Program-made: the position numbers and the translations under genes | Shown here: positions 8,501-17,003 of the stretch, in pieces | How positions within the stretch are numbered: the stretch's first letter is position 1 | How the letters are laid out: every line of letters starts with the position of its first letter | Notes under the pieces: generated by a model | What the model saw: the letters and a program-made list of their open reading frames with translations, nothing else | Database searches by the model: none | Told to the model about the DNA's origin: nothing | Source: a virus | Lineage: Duplodnaviria > Caudoviricetes | IMG/VR virus record: IMGVR_UViG_3300005512_000278 | Span: 1 to 26,847 of that record | Direction: 5' to 3' (one strand) | DNA: 26,847 nucleotides

Positions 8501-11500
8501 TAGCCGCGACTAAGACGATTAAACAGACCAAGGTTTGTCTTAATAACAAGCTCAAGGGACTTCTCACCAGTTTCGCCAACAACTTCCTCGTACACGAACC
8601 GTGGGCGAGCTGAACGCAAAGCGGTACTTGCGCGTCGGCCAGAGTAAAGATCACCAATCCTGCCGCCCGTTAGGACGTAGAATAGCACTTCCTCAATAGC
8701 GTTACGCAAAGAAAATCGAGGTCCAAAAAGAGTGGCAAATGACCAACCGTCAACAACCTTGCCGAACCATTCGTTTGCAACACCAAAAACTCGAGTCGAG
8801 CCCTTTACCTGCCGAGCCAGCTCATCCATGTCTTGTACGGAAGGAACGCGAACAGACCGAGCAATCTGGTACTGATGGATGGCCTCTTCCATGCCATTCT
8901 CATCGCGGCTTGGTGACCAAGTGGTTCGGTTCAGTCCATCGTTAAGGTCATCAGCAACGGTGACAACTGGATCTCCAGGCTGAGACTCCATTGGCCTTTG
9001 AGCGTTAAACCTAGCGTCAGCGTCAGCGCGAAGGTCGTCAGCGATACGCAAAGCCGCGTCACCCGAAGGATCATCAAGCGCTTGCCTTGCTGTCCGAACC
9101 GAGGCATCCAATTCAACTAGCCGAGCCTCAAGATTCTCAACCGTTGAGAGCTCTATTTCGGCGTAAGAATTGTATTCAGACTCGTCGGCAAGACGAAGAT
9201 CATCTTTAATTTCATCAAGCTTGCGCGCACGGCCAGCCTGAGTTGCGTTTTCTGCCCACTCGACGTAGTAGCCAAGGGGTTGATTCTTTCCGCGTCGGGC
9301 ACTTGCTCGAACATTAATACCATAAATCTTGCGAACAAGATCAGCTTGATCTTTTGTAAGCGAGCGCCCTTCGGTTTTAACGATTTGGAATACTTCGTCG
9401 TAAGTAAACTCTTGGTCCCGGATTCCCTTAGCTTCATCAATAGAAAGGGTAGGGCGAAGCTTGCGCTTTGCTTCGGGGCGATAGCCAGGAACAGACCGAA
9501 CGGGATCAAAGAAAGTAAACGAGCTCTCAAGGTCAGCTAGCGAAATAGTTGTATCTACTTCTTTAGAGATGCCATAAGTTTCTTGCATGGCATCCAGAGC
9601 TTCGTCATTCTGGCTTGACCGCCGCAAGGTGAAGTTAAATACCTCTAGGCCACCGGAAGGCGTAGTGTTAGGCGCAGTATTCTTGGCATCATCGGGACTG
9701 AGTTTGGGCGCAGTAATGCGCTGACCAGCTCGAGTGTTGCCCAGCATGTTCTTGTAGGCGCGACGCAGGTAAGCTTCCGTGAGAAAGCCGTACTCTGTGT
9801 AAAGCTCAGCTTCTCTCGGCGTCATAGACACACCAGAAGCCAGCTCAAAGTCACTGGCTACCGGAGTCGGTAGATCCATTTCGTCAATAAGTTGCTGTGC
9901 TCGCTGAGTGATATTTGCGTCGCTGTGGCCGGGGAAGATAGCTTCCCGTGTACCATCGTCCAAGGTGCGGAAGCGAGGCAGCTGAGCCAAAGCCTTCTCT
10001 GCCTCTAGGATCTCTATCTCGCGGGAATAGATAGCACCAAGCAGGGACTCGCGCTCATCGGCAAGGCGGTAAGCAGTTGTCTGTGCCTCAATCGAGGCAT
10101 TGGGGTCGTTAAGTAGCCGCTGAGCGTCATCAAATAATCGCATGAACTCTGCGTCAGCATCCTTGAACTCATTTAGAGTTTGAGAAAGCTGCAGGTTCCC
10201 CTTGTCGTCAACGACTCGAGGAATGACGCCGTACCGAACGGGTGGCTCAGTGACACCCATAATAGAGCCTGCGCCGGGAAGCAGTTGCTCCTGCTCGCCT
10301 TCTGGTGTGGTTGCGCGACGCATCGCTGCGCGCTGCTCACGGTCCTTAGCTAGTCGCTGGCTGGGAATTACCCCATCCTCAATAGCGACAGAGTACGCCT
10401 CACCGGACATAGAGCCAGTGACCTGACCATCGCCAGCCCTCGTTGGCGCGCCAGTGGTTCTTGTCATCCAGTCGTCAGTCATGCCACGACTAATAACCAC
10501 GCCCCTACTTGCCATGCCACTGCGGTAAGTGGCGGCGACCAGGGTGCGACGAGAAGCCGGATTGCCTAGACGGAAAGCGTCGGCAAGGAAAGAGGCCGTC
10601 CCGCGATCCATAAACTGCCGAGCGAAACGATAAAACTCCTTAGCGCCATTCGCGTTATCTAAGTTGATAACAAGGCCAGTAGGGATGCTAGAAAACCAGC
10701 GACCGGGGCCCTTCTTGTTTCCAGCAAGAAGTTTGCCAACTTGAAGGAACTCTTCATCCATCTTCTGAGCAATTTGTGCCGGCGTTGCGGCCTCATCAAA
10801 ACTACGCTCAAGAATACGTCGAGCTGCACCGCTAGGCATAACATCGGCAATAACACTGTTGACCATGTTCTGACGAAGCAAGCCGATGGGCCCACGGCGA
10901 GGGATCATCAACGCTCGAGTTTCCGTGGCTGCAGCCACAGATTGAGCAAACAGCGGTCGCTCGGAAAGGAAAGTTTCGATAGCTGCCAGATCGGCTGCCT
11001 CTACGACGCCTTCTTGCGCTGCCTTTGTGCCAACCTTTCCTTGCATAACAAGGAAGGCTTCATTGGTATCATCAATGTAATTAGCGACAGTTTCAAGATC
11101 AAACTTGCCTTCCGCGTTGCGCTTATGCGCCGGGTTGGTGCGGAAAGACTCAATCAGCTGCTCAGGCATTTCCCGATATTGGCGAGACATGCGACGACGG
11201 TGATTAGCCACTCGGTCTTTGGCCCGAGCTAGCTGTGCCGGCGAGTCAGCATTACGAACAGCGGTTTCAAGATCCTCAAGTCTGTTAAGATCCTTAGCAA
11301 ACCTATCAAAATACCGGCTGGCTGAAGTGTTAACGTCAAAGCCAAGAAGTGACTTCTTGCTGAGAACATCCCGAGCTAGTAGTGGATTGCCAAACTCATC
11401 AACTGCACCGGGGCGAAGCTTACCTAAGCTCCACTTTGCAGCAAGGCCCGCCCGCATGGGAATCGGAACAAGGTTAATGGGGTCAGTAAGGATGCGGTAC

Positions 11501-12831
11501 CCAAAATTGGAGATACTCATGCTATTAGAGAACCACTCGTCCCCACGGGAAGGGTCGTACTCTAGATCTGGGTTAGCTCCACCAGATGCTTGCGCCGCAT
11601 AGTTACTAAGCTCAACTGACTGGACCTGCCGGATAAGCTTATTGATTCGCTCAGCATCAGGTCCGAAGGAAAACTGAAGGCTAGTGAAGAAAGATGCCAC
11701 ATCCTCGGACATGCGATCTTCGCGTTCATTCCACGCGGTACTAACAGGGTTTTCTTCCTGAAGTGACTGGCGACGAACGATATCTTTGGCTAACTCAATT
11801 TCTAGTGGAGTGTACAACCCGCGATTAGGGTCGCCCTCGAGTTGCTTCAGATAATTTTCGTTAAAGTTTCCCGGCTCAGTTTTTGCCTTCGCCTCTTCGT
11901 AACCTCCGGGGTCAACCATGATTGAGGCAGCAAGTGAACCTAAGTTCAACCTACTCTCAGGCCTGTCCCTCTGAAACTCAGCTACGGCAACGGACTCATC
12001 AAAAAACTTGTCGCCGGGGACCATAAGATAGCCCAATGCGGTGCTAGCCTTATCACCCAGCCACTCGAGAGACTTGTCAAGAAAGTTCTGATCCTTAGCG
12101 GCGGGCTCCACGTACTCCCGAACAGCGTCCTCAACGAGAGAACCAAAGATGCTAGCCATAACCGGATTGCCAGTGCTAGGATCTGAGATAGTCTTAGCGA
12201 TATTACTCGCCAGCTCTAGGTTGCCACTGTTAACGTGGCGAGCGTAAGCATTGGCAGCCGACTCAGCCTGACCCCACATGATGAGGTTGTTGATATCGTC
12301 GTCAGATAGTTTTTGCCCGTAGCTCTTCTCAAACTCCTGGCGAAGCTCACTGAGGTACGGGTAGTCCGAAAGTTCCCTGCTGCTGCGGGGCCGGCGCTCA
12401 TCCTGAAAGCGAGTCAGTAGCTCATTAGCGTAAGCAACACGAGCATCCGCATACGACAGACTCGGCTTAGCGAATATTGAGGAATCCGAGGGTACCGAGG
12501 CGTCGTAAACAAAACCGGGGCGACGGCCTGGGTAGACCTCGCGCAGGTACTCTTCAGATTGCGGGCGCAAGCGATCAACGGCACTAGGTAATCCACGCCC
12601 GCCACCAGCGGGCGCTAAGCCGCGAGCAACTTCAGTTCGCGTGTCACCTTTATCAATCCGCTCAGCTTGACGAATAATCTGGCGGTAAGTTTCGCCAACA
12701 TCAATAGCAGCGGCCTGCTCGCGCCTTTCCATTTGCTGGAGGCTGTAATCCTCCTGCTGACGCAAGTTAACAGGCTCGTCACTACCCTGTTGGAGATCAC
12801 TTCGAGTCAAGTGATCCGGGTCTTTAGCCAA
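5563..12831 (-). CDS. Very large putative internal virion/DNA-ejection protein (2422 aa)
   Basis: Uninterrupted 7.3-kb ORF between the portal and scaffold/capsid genes. Size and position are analogous to podovirus core proteins. No catalytic motif recognised. Confidence 0.65.
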   Translation of the reverse strand: MAKDPDHLTRSDLQQGSDEPVNLRQQEDYSLQQMERREQAAAIDVGETYRQIIRQAERIDKGDTRTEVARGLAPAGGGRGLPSAVDRLRPQSEEYLREVYPGRRPGFVYDASVPSDSSIFAKPSLSYADARVAYANELLTRFQDERRPRSSRELSDYPYLSELRQEFEKSYGQKLSDDDINNLIMWGQAESAANAYARHVNSGNLELASNIAKTISDPSTGNPVMASIFGSLVEDAVREYVEPAAKDQNFLDKSLEWLGDKASTALGYLMVPGDKFFDESVAVAEFQRDRPESRLNLGSLAASIMVDPGGYEEAKAKTEPGNFNENYLKQLEGDPNRGLYTPLEIELAKDIVRRQSLQEENPVSTAWNEREDRMSEDVASFFTSLQFSFGPDAERINKLIRQVQSVELSNYAAQASGGANPDLEYDPSRGDEWFSNSMSISNFGYRILTDPINLVPIPMRAGLAAKWSLGKLRPGAVDEFGNPLLARDVLSKKSLLGFDVNTSASRYFDRFAKDLNRLEDLETAVRNADSPAQLARAKDRVANHRRRMSRQYREMPEQLIESFRTNPAHKRNAEGKFDLETVANYIDDTNEAFLVMQGKVGTKAAQEGVVEAADLAAIETFLSERPLFAQSVAAATETRALMIPRRGPIGLLRQNMVNSVIADVMPSGAARRILERSFDEAATPAQIAQKMDEEFLQVGKLLAGNKKGPGRWFSSIPTGLVINLDNANGAKEFYRFARQFMDRGTASFLADAFRLGNPASRRTLVAATYRSGMASRGVVISRGMTDDWMTRTTGAPTRAGDGQVTGSMSGEAYSVAIEDGVIPSQRLAKDREQRAAMRRATTPEGEQEQLLPGAGSIMGVTEPPVRYGVIPRVVDDKGNLQLSQTLNEFKDADAEFMRLFDDAQRLLNDPNASIEAQTTAYRLADERESLLGAIYSREIEILEAEKALAQLPRFRTLDDGTREAIFPGHSDANITQRAQQLIDEMDLPTPVASDFELASGVSMTPREAELYTEYGFLTEAYLRRAYKNMLGNTRAGQRITAPKLSPDDAKNTAPNTTPSGGLEVFNFTLRRSSQNDEALDAMQETYGISKEVDTTISLADLESSFTFFDPVRSVPGYRPEAKRKLRPTLSIDEAKGIRDQEFTYDEVFQIVKTEGRSLTKDQADLVRKIYGINVRASARRGKNQPLGYYVEWAENATQAGRARKLDEIKDDLRLADESEYNSYAEIELSTVENLEARLVELDASVRTARQALDDPSGDAALRIADDLRADADARFNAQRPMESQPGDPVVTVADDLNDGLNRTTWSPSRDENGMEEAIHQYQIARSVRVPSVQDMDELARQVKGSTRVFGVANEWFGKVVDGWSFATLFGPRFSLRNAIEEVLFYVLTGGRIGDLYSGRRASTALRSARPRFVYEEVVGETGEKSLELVIKTNLGLFNRLSRGYTLGGKLRDDMNQEWLAAITIPNATRDDFIKAQIAWQAGDTSAYVRLFSKALIRENANIPTNITARQQEALEWIAGSQHGMNLVQNVAEGGNSLLNGRLPNVVEDAVRLEDLAPGEVDAMLKSYPNFNSSLSGREFGALRPVQIDPTTRERINGVWYWWRELQATVNGDGPIGKLAIKYIGNPDAAKKAIADYVRQDSKWGYRKTWSMFAEGRDIDAAASRYYENVLRNFQKPSGEINWSLRNMFVDNIDGEDIVNWYRPRKPGQTPFDDFSKAEKTHRVSVQDLSKIPEKDRPSYVFGRLPSAPEPVPVLTGWEGFITKGYGILGRQNARISREPIFYANYLNMVKQLEKSDEAMANAMAKAAGRDAPNEFDKAIAAEWSNKTAADSAYAMTLAYVDNPANRSMLAWRVRNVARYYRATEDFYRRAKRLAITRPESYYRLALTYGLLDQTGFVFTDDNGQKYFYYPGNEYVQKAIGSFAAFISPELKPFVWDMASPFQIGGKVTGLTPSADPRMAVPTLIGPGTFPAAFAFDFFPPLKEFAGLRSALVGPYIEQQGSVTQLLLDTFTPAGVSKLQQLSQDEIDSVTQEAAFDTIKIMIAEGLLDPESLTAGDGVVGIESFMESDIWKQASTVGVGLAGTKFILGFLGPAAPQVYEAGQINPAARELGISSVDTVFRQLLDLNKDEPDPWSSAVSMYYAAKIRKNTGQPTKYTPWDNLLPFTLSGSKAAPDKLAGLAGIRATDAFVLWTQSDEYKNLENLPGASESLMWLAPPDGEFDWQAWQLITNTYGLRIPKTTTEKLESLFAVQGQYRDTQIRKSYDELISLLDPRDIDQKKAINLLNDAKLKERKLNEKQNPYWKTLRSKQGTAYTPTRLAESVKQMEIFIDSIRESEYEVPEALEYVDAAIDVYRNYKSAVSGLGQKKIEQQAKAELLYEMNTKLQNIAAGNEQAKKFIDTVLDTLNYGELEELDPLIVEEVS

Positions 12832-12832
12832 T

Positions 12833-13291
12833 TTACATAGACCTTAGGTAGTTAACAATAGAACCCAAACGACCGGAAGTATCGTAAGGGGCAATCTTTG
12901 ACAGAGTGTCAACAACGGTTGGCCGGCGTGAAGAACGCATTTGCATTTGGCGTTCCGATTCACTAACCGTCCGACCGGGACCAAAAGCAGCACCAGCCGT
13001 AACCGGCTCATTTGGTCGCTGAGTAGGTGCCATAAGAGGCGTAGTCATGGGTCCACGCCCTGAGCGCCCACCACGGCGCGGGCGATTAGCCGTTGACTGG
13101 TCCACTGCAGAGGTGGCGCGCAGTGGTGCCGAGGATTGGATATCGTTATAATCCTGGTTCTCGCCATACGCCATGCCACTCATACGATTAGTTGTCTGCT
13201 GTGGCCCACCGTCCGTGCGGCGGGACAAGCGACCGGGGCCCGAAACCGAAGCTGGGTTTCGAGGCTGTTGGTATCCTCCAACTTCAGCCAT
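12833..13291 (-). CDS. Hypothetical virion-associated protein (152 aa)
   Basis: GGAGG SD upstream of the ATG at 13291 (MAEVGGYQQPRNPASVSGPGRLSRRTDGGP), overlapping the upstream stop. Confidence 0.65.
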   Translation of the reverse strand: MAEVGGYQQPRNPASVSGPGRLSRRTDGGPQQTTNRMSGMAYGENQDYNDIQSSAPLRATSAVDQSTANRPRRGGRSGRGPMTTPLMAPTQRPNEPVTAGAAFGPGRTVSESERQMQMRSSRRPTVVDTLSKIAPYDTSGRLGSIVNYLRSM

Positions 13292-13547
13292 CTTCATCCT
13301 CCACAAAGACCACTCGAGGGTCAACTAATTCACTGTCAGGAACCGGACCGAACTCATCCTCATCATCCTGCTCACCAAGCAAACCGTACTCAAACAGTCG
13401 CGTAAGCGACTCGTCAAGCAGTTTACTCATTCGACCAATCATGTCGTCTGCCACATCGGGCGAGTACGACACTCCTTGCGCTACTACGGCAAGATGCAAG
13501 TCAAGGTAGGCAACATGAACACTCATATCCCTTGCTGGAATCCTCAT
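13284..13547 (-). CDS. Hypothetical acidic protein (87 aa)
   Basis: Purine-rich SD before the ATG at 13547 (MRIPARDMSV...); acidic C-terminus. Confidence 0.6.
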   Translation of the reverse strand: MRIPARDMSVHVAYLDLHLAVVAQGVSYSPDVADDMIGRMSKLLDESLTRLFEYGLLGEQDDEDEFGPVPDSELVDPRVVFVEDEDG

Positions 13548-13569
13548 TCTGTTGCCCTCTCCCTTGAAC

Positions 13570-13713
13570 CTACTTGTTACCTTTGCCTTTGGTGCCCTTA
13601 GTGTGCATACCGAACTTGATCTTGTCGGCGTGATCTGGCTTGCTGCCCGGTGCACCAACCATCGGAGGTGCGGTGTGCGGCTTGCCGTGTGTGCCTTTGT
13701 TTGGCTGAGGCAT
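13570..13713 (-). CDS. Small basic hypothetical protein (47 aa, not in the ORF track)
   Basis: AGGAG SD, then MPQPNKGTHGKPHTAPPMVGAPGSKPDHADKIKFGMHTKGTKGKGNK*; fills the gap between neighbours. Confidence 0.65.
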   Translation of the reverse strand: MPQPNKGTHGKPHTAPPMVGAPGSKPDHADKIKFGMHTKGTKGKGNK

Positions 13714-13722
13714 TATTATCTC

Positions 13723-13989
13723 CTACCACTTAGTTTTGTCGGCCCAATAAGCCGCTGACATTTTTCCCTTTTTGATATTTTTAGCGTGACGCGCCTTGAA
13801 AGACGCTTGACGTTTCGTGGGCTTCTTATCACCCGTCACGCCCTGCTGCCCAAACCGAATCGTCTTAACCTGATCGCCTTCCTTAGCGACCACGACATGA
13901 GACTTCTTCGGGTGATTGGGTGTGCGCTTCGGCTTGTTGTAGCCAGACACCCCCACACGTTCTAGGCGAGGATCTTTCTTAGCAGGCAT
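13723..13989 (-). CDS. Small Lys-rich phage protein (88 aa)
   Basis: 'KTIRFGQQG...SFKARHAKNI...SAAYWA' pattern, recalled as widespread in aquatic phages; function unknown. Confidence 0.75.
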   Translation of the reverse strand: MPAKKDPRLERVGVSGYNKPKRTPNHPKKSHVVVAKEGDQVKTIRFGQQGVTGDKKPTKRQASFKARHAKNIKKGKMSAAYWADKTKW

Positions 13990-13992
13990 GAG

Positions 13993-14466
13993 TTAGCGTT
14001 TGCCGTACTTGATGTTGTATCGAAGCGTTGAACCCTTATTGTTTTCCTGAGCCGCACGCTTCGTAATACGCTTAGCCGCAGCAGCACCACTCTTTGCCTT
14101 TGCCGCATTTGCTTTTGCTTCCGCTGCCGGAACTGCACGCTGGCGAGCCTTGTATGCTGCTTGCGCTGCTCGATCTTCTCGCAAAGTTTTTCCGTATTCG
14201 CTCGCACTCATCGTCTTAGGCTTAGAAGTCTTTGGCTTAGTTTTCGCACTGGACTTGTTTTTTGATGCAAACTTTGCAATCGTCATTGCGGCCCGAGCAA
14301 CAGCCACGGGAATGTTGCCCACACCGGCCTCAGTGATTTTCCCTGGCCTGGAGTACGCTTGAGTCTTTTTTTGATTTGCCCGCGCCTGTGGTGTTCGCTT
14401 TGCGTACTGACGCTTCTTCGCCGCCTTGCTTTGATTGGGGGGTTCACCCTTTTTGCGTGCTGCCAT
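13993..14466 (-). CDS. Lys/Ala/Arg-rich basic protein (157 aa)
   Basis: ATG at 14466 directly after the upstream TAA (MAARKKGEPP...); histone H1-like composition. Confidence 0.65.
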   Translation of the reverse strand: MAARKKGEPPNQSKAAKKRQYAKRTPQARANQKKTQAYSRPGKITEAGVGNIPVAVARAAMTIAKFASKNKSSAKTKPKTSKPKTMSASEYGKTLREDRAAQAAYKARQRAVPAAEAKANAAKAKSGAAAAKRITKRAAQENNKGSTLRYNIKYGKR

Positions 14467-14467
14467 T

Positions 14468-14743
14468 TTACTTCTTCTTCGTCCGATACATGGAACGCTT
14501 TGGGCCTTCAGCGCCACGCGCCCGAGCAGCAGCCTTGCTTCCAGCGCTACCGGGTCGAACGTTCTGCTTAGTTGTACCTTTTTCGGTACGACGACTCGTA
14601 ACGCGACCCTTTTTGTCACGGAAAGTAGTAGTACTTGTTGATGCTGAGTAATACTTTCCACGACTACGAGCCTTCGCTCGCTGAGCCGCAGTCACTTTCT
14701 GAGAGCGCTTTGGCCCTTCTGCACCCTTTTTCATGTTTGGCAT
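14468..14743 (-). CDS. Basic protein (91 aa) with a duplicated GAEGPKRS motif
   Basis: TAATG coupling at 14743; GAEGPKRS appears near both ends. Confidence 0.65.
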   Translation of the reverse strand: MPNMKKGAEGPKRSQKVTAAQRAKARSRGKYYSASTSTTTFRDKKGRVTSRRTEKGTTKQNVRPGSAGSKAAARARGAEGPKRSMYRTKKK

Positions 14744-14967
14744 TACTTTTTCCTCTTTCTTTTAACTGCTGCGTTATCTACAAGGTTCGGGTACGGTCTA
14801 CCCGCTTTCTTAGCGCGAGCCTTAGCAGCAGCTTTCTGAGCAGCCGTCAACGGCTTCGACTTCTTCTTAGGATTCGGCTTATCCCAAAACGCTTTCTGAG
14901 CAGCTTTCTTTGCACCGGCCATTTTTGCCTTCGCTAAAGGTTGACGAGTATTAATCCTCTTTGCCAT
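14743..14967 (-). CDS. Small Lys/Ala-rich protein (74 aa)
   Basis: 'AKARAKKAGRPYPNLVDN' pattern, recalled from other aquatic phages; coupled to the downstream gene. Confidence 0.7.
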   Translation of the reverse strand: MAKRINTRQPLAKAKMAGAKKAAQKAFWDKPNPKKKSKPLTAAQKAAAKARAKKAGRPYPNLVDNAAVKRKRKK

Positions 14968-15103
14968 ACTTGCGTCCCATCGGCATAGCCAGTTCGGAAA
15001 CCGTAGTCTTCACATTCGGCATAACAGTAGAGTTCTCAGGATGATTACCGTCGCCACCCATCTTCTGAGTCGGGTCCATCCAGCAGCCACAAGAAACGCA
15101 CAT
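14951..15103 (-). CDS. Small protein with an N-terminal MCxxCGC motif (50 aa, not in the ORF track)
   Basis: AAGGA SD right after the portal stop; MCVSCGCWMDPTQKMGGDGNHPENSTVMPNVKTTVSELAMPMGRKYGKED*. Confidence 0.6.
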   Translation of the reverse strand: MCVSCGCWMDPTQKMGGDGNHPENSTVMPNVKTTVSELAMPMGRKYGKED

Positions 15104-15111
15104 AATAATCC

Positions 15112-16995
15112 TTATACGGGTAGACGACGAGTTACACCAGCGGAGAGGTTGGGTTCGCCGCCAGAACCAAGGGAAGCCATGAGTGTTTGTAGGTCAGGCC
15201 TACCACCAGCACCCATGCCGGCCTGCCCCGGAGCCACACCAGGCATCAAACCTGTTGCCTCATTCACTCCAGGCAGGCCACCGCCAGGGGGAGCCCCACC
15301 AGGGGCGCCGACCATCCCTGCGGCTTCCTCACCTGTGGGCTCAACCCCTGGCGGGGCCATTTGTTCCTCAGGCATGAAAGCTTCCGATACAATCTCTTCG
15401 ATTGATCTGCCACGCTGGCGCCCAAGGATAATCTCGGAAAGACGCGACAGCACCTCACCGGGGTCCTGCCCGTTCTGCGCGAGAGCCGGAATAGCTTGCG
15501 CATATCCGGCGACCGCCTGCTTCAAGGCGTCACGCATTTCCTCAATGTCAATCATTTGCTCTTCCTCGGTCGGGTCGAGAGCAAAAGGCATTTGGCGACG
15601 CAAGAAGTCTCGAGAAATCAAGCGGTCACCGCGAGCTTGCAAACCGAACACGAGAGCACGGTTCGGGTCTAGGCCCGCCATCAAGCCATACTGAACATCA
15701 ACAGTATGGTCACCCTTGATATCGCGGCTCGGGCGATACTTGATCTCGTATGGCGTACCGTCAGCGTTACCGCGAATAGTCTTGGTTTCCTCGGTAAACA
15801 AAGTCTCGTCCACCTGGAAACACAACATAACCATGTCGCGCAAGCTGCGCGCGAACATGGCTTGCCCTGTGCGGATCTGAGTATCAAACCCGGACATGAG
15901 AGCCTGCACGCCTCGGCCCGTAACTACACTTGAGTCTATTTCGCCTGTGCGAGCGTTAGGGTAACGTGAACCCTGACGTAACTCCTGATCCAAAACACCC
16001 TGCTGCGTGAAGGCTGCCGTTGGTACCTCAATAGGCACGCGGCGCACACGTTCACCGTTCGCAGTTCGGATCACACTGTCCGGGCCGAGAGCGAGCTCTT
16101 GGGCATCTGGCGGTAAGACGATGGGTGCTTGTACGCTCTTCTGCGCTGCCTCAAGGCTTAATAGTGCGAAACGAGCTTTAGCGACCTGCACTGCAAGAAC
16201 ATCGTCAAACTGCCCGTGTGAATCATCATCAACACCAGGTCGTTGAGTCCACACAACCATGCACTCGCCAACCGGATTCTTCACCGATTCGAGCACAATA
16301 TCTGCGCGATCATTCGCCAGATACATCATATCAACGTGCTTATCGTGGTAGCGAACAACCTCAACAAGGTCGTTGCCTGACCCCGGCTTCCCTAGCTGAG
16401 ACTCGAAGTCCGGGTACATGGCGATAAGCTCATCGCGGGTCTTGTAGAAAGTAAAGAAAGCTGCCTGGATGTTGCCCCAACGGTCAAACACGGGGTACGA
16501 TCCGATGGAATCCATGAACTTGATACGCGGCATACGCGACGTAGTATCAACTTCCACCATCGCCGGCACAAAACCGTAAGTAAAGTACCGATCCGAAGCA
16601 GTGTACATCTGCTTCTGCAGATCAGAGAAGTCAAGATAACCGTTAACGATCTTTGTGCGCTTGTCAGCGAACTCTCGAGCGGAGTCCGAAGTCATCTTCG
16701 ATGAAGAACAGTTGAATGACGGTAGCGGCGCCAGCACCTCAGAAAGGTCACGGGCAGCCACATCCACCATGTTCGCCACGATGCCCTTATCGAAAGGACC
16801 TTCAGGGAACAACTGTGGGTACACGTCACGCATACGACCCTGCCGCACAGCAAGAACATCCTGCATACGCTGGTCGCGGTCTGCGAAACGAGTCTTGGTG
16901 CGGCGAAACAGGTCTTTAATCTGCGAGAAAGACGAGCCACTATGGGCAGCAACAGTGTCACCAAACATAACACTTGCCCTATTCACGTCAGACAA
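15112..16995 (-). CDS. Portal (head-tail connector) protein
   Basis: About 627-aa ORF directly after the terminase, with a Pro/Gly/Ala-rich tail. AGGAGG SD suggests a TTG start at 16995 (the ORF track extends to 17025). Confidence 0.82.
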   Translation of the reverse strand: MSDVNRASVMFGDTVAAHSGSSFSQIKDLFRRTKTRFADRDQRMQDVLAVRQGRMRDVYPQLFPEGPFDKGIVANMVDVAARDLSEVLAPLPSFNCSSSKMTSDSAREFADKRTKIVNGYLDFSDLQKQMYTASDRYFTYGFVPAMVEVDTTSRMPRIKFMDSIGSYPVFDRWGNIQAAFFTFYKTRDELIAMYPDFESQLGKPGSGNDLVEVVRYHDKHVDMMYLANDRADIVLESVKNPVGECMVVWTQRPGVDDDSHGQFDDVLAVQVAKARFALLSLEAAQKSVQAPIVLPPDAQELALGPDSVIRTANGERVRRVPIEVPTAAFTQQGVLDQELRQGSRYPNARTGEIDSSVVTGRGVQALMSGFDTQIRTGQAMFARSLRDMVMLCFQVDETLFTEETKTIRGNADGTPYEIKYRPSRDIKGDHTVDVQYGLMAGLDPNRALVFGLQARGDRLISRDFLRRQMPFALDPTEEEQMIDIEEMRDALKQAVAGYAQAIPALAQNGQDPGEVLSRLSEIILGRQRGRSIEEIVSEAFMPEEQMAPPGVEPTGEEAAGMVGAPGGAPPGGGLPGVNEATGLMPGVAPGQAGMGAGGRPDLQTLMASLGSGGEPNLSAGVTRRLPV

Positions 16996-17003
16996 GTTAC
17001 CTC

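Noticed and set aside
8948-8954. CTGATGA on the minus strand as a possible fourth hammerhead
   Set aside because: It lies inside a coding region with no appropriately placed GAAA or flanking stems; a chance match.
5563-12831. N4-like virion RNA polymerase or tape measure protein
   Set aside because: I could not identify polymerase catalytic motifs or tape-measure repeats. A divergent domain cannot be excluded without profile searches.
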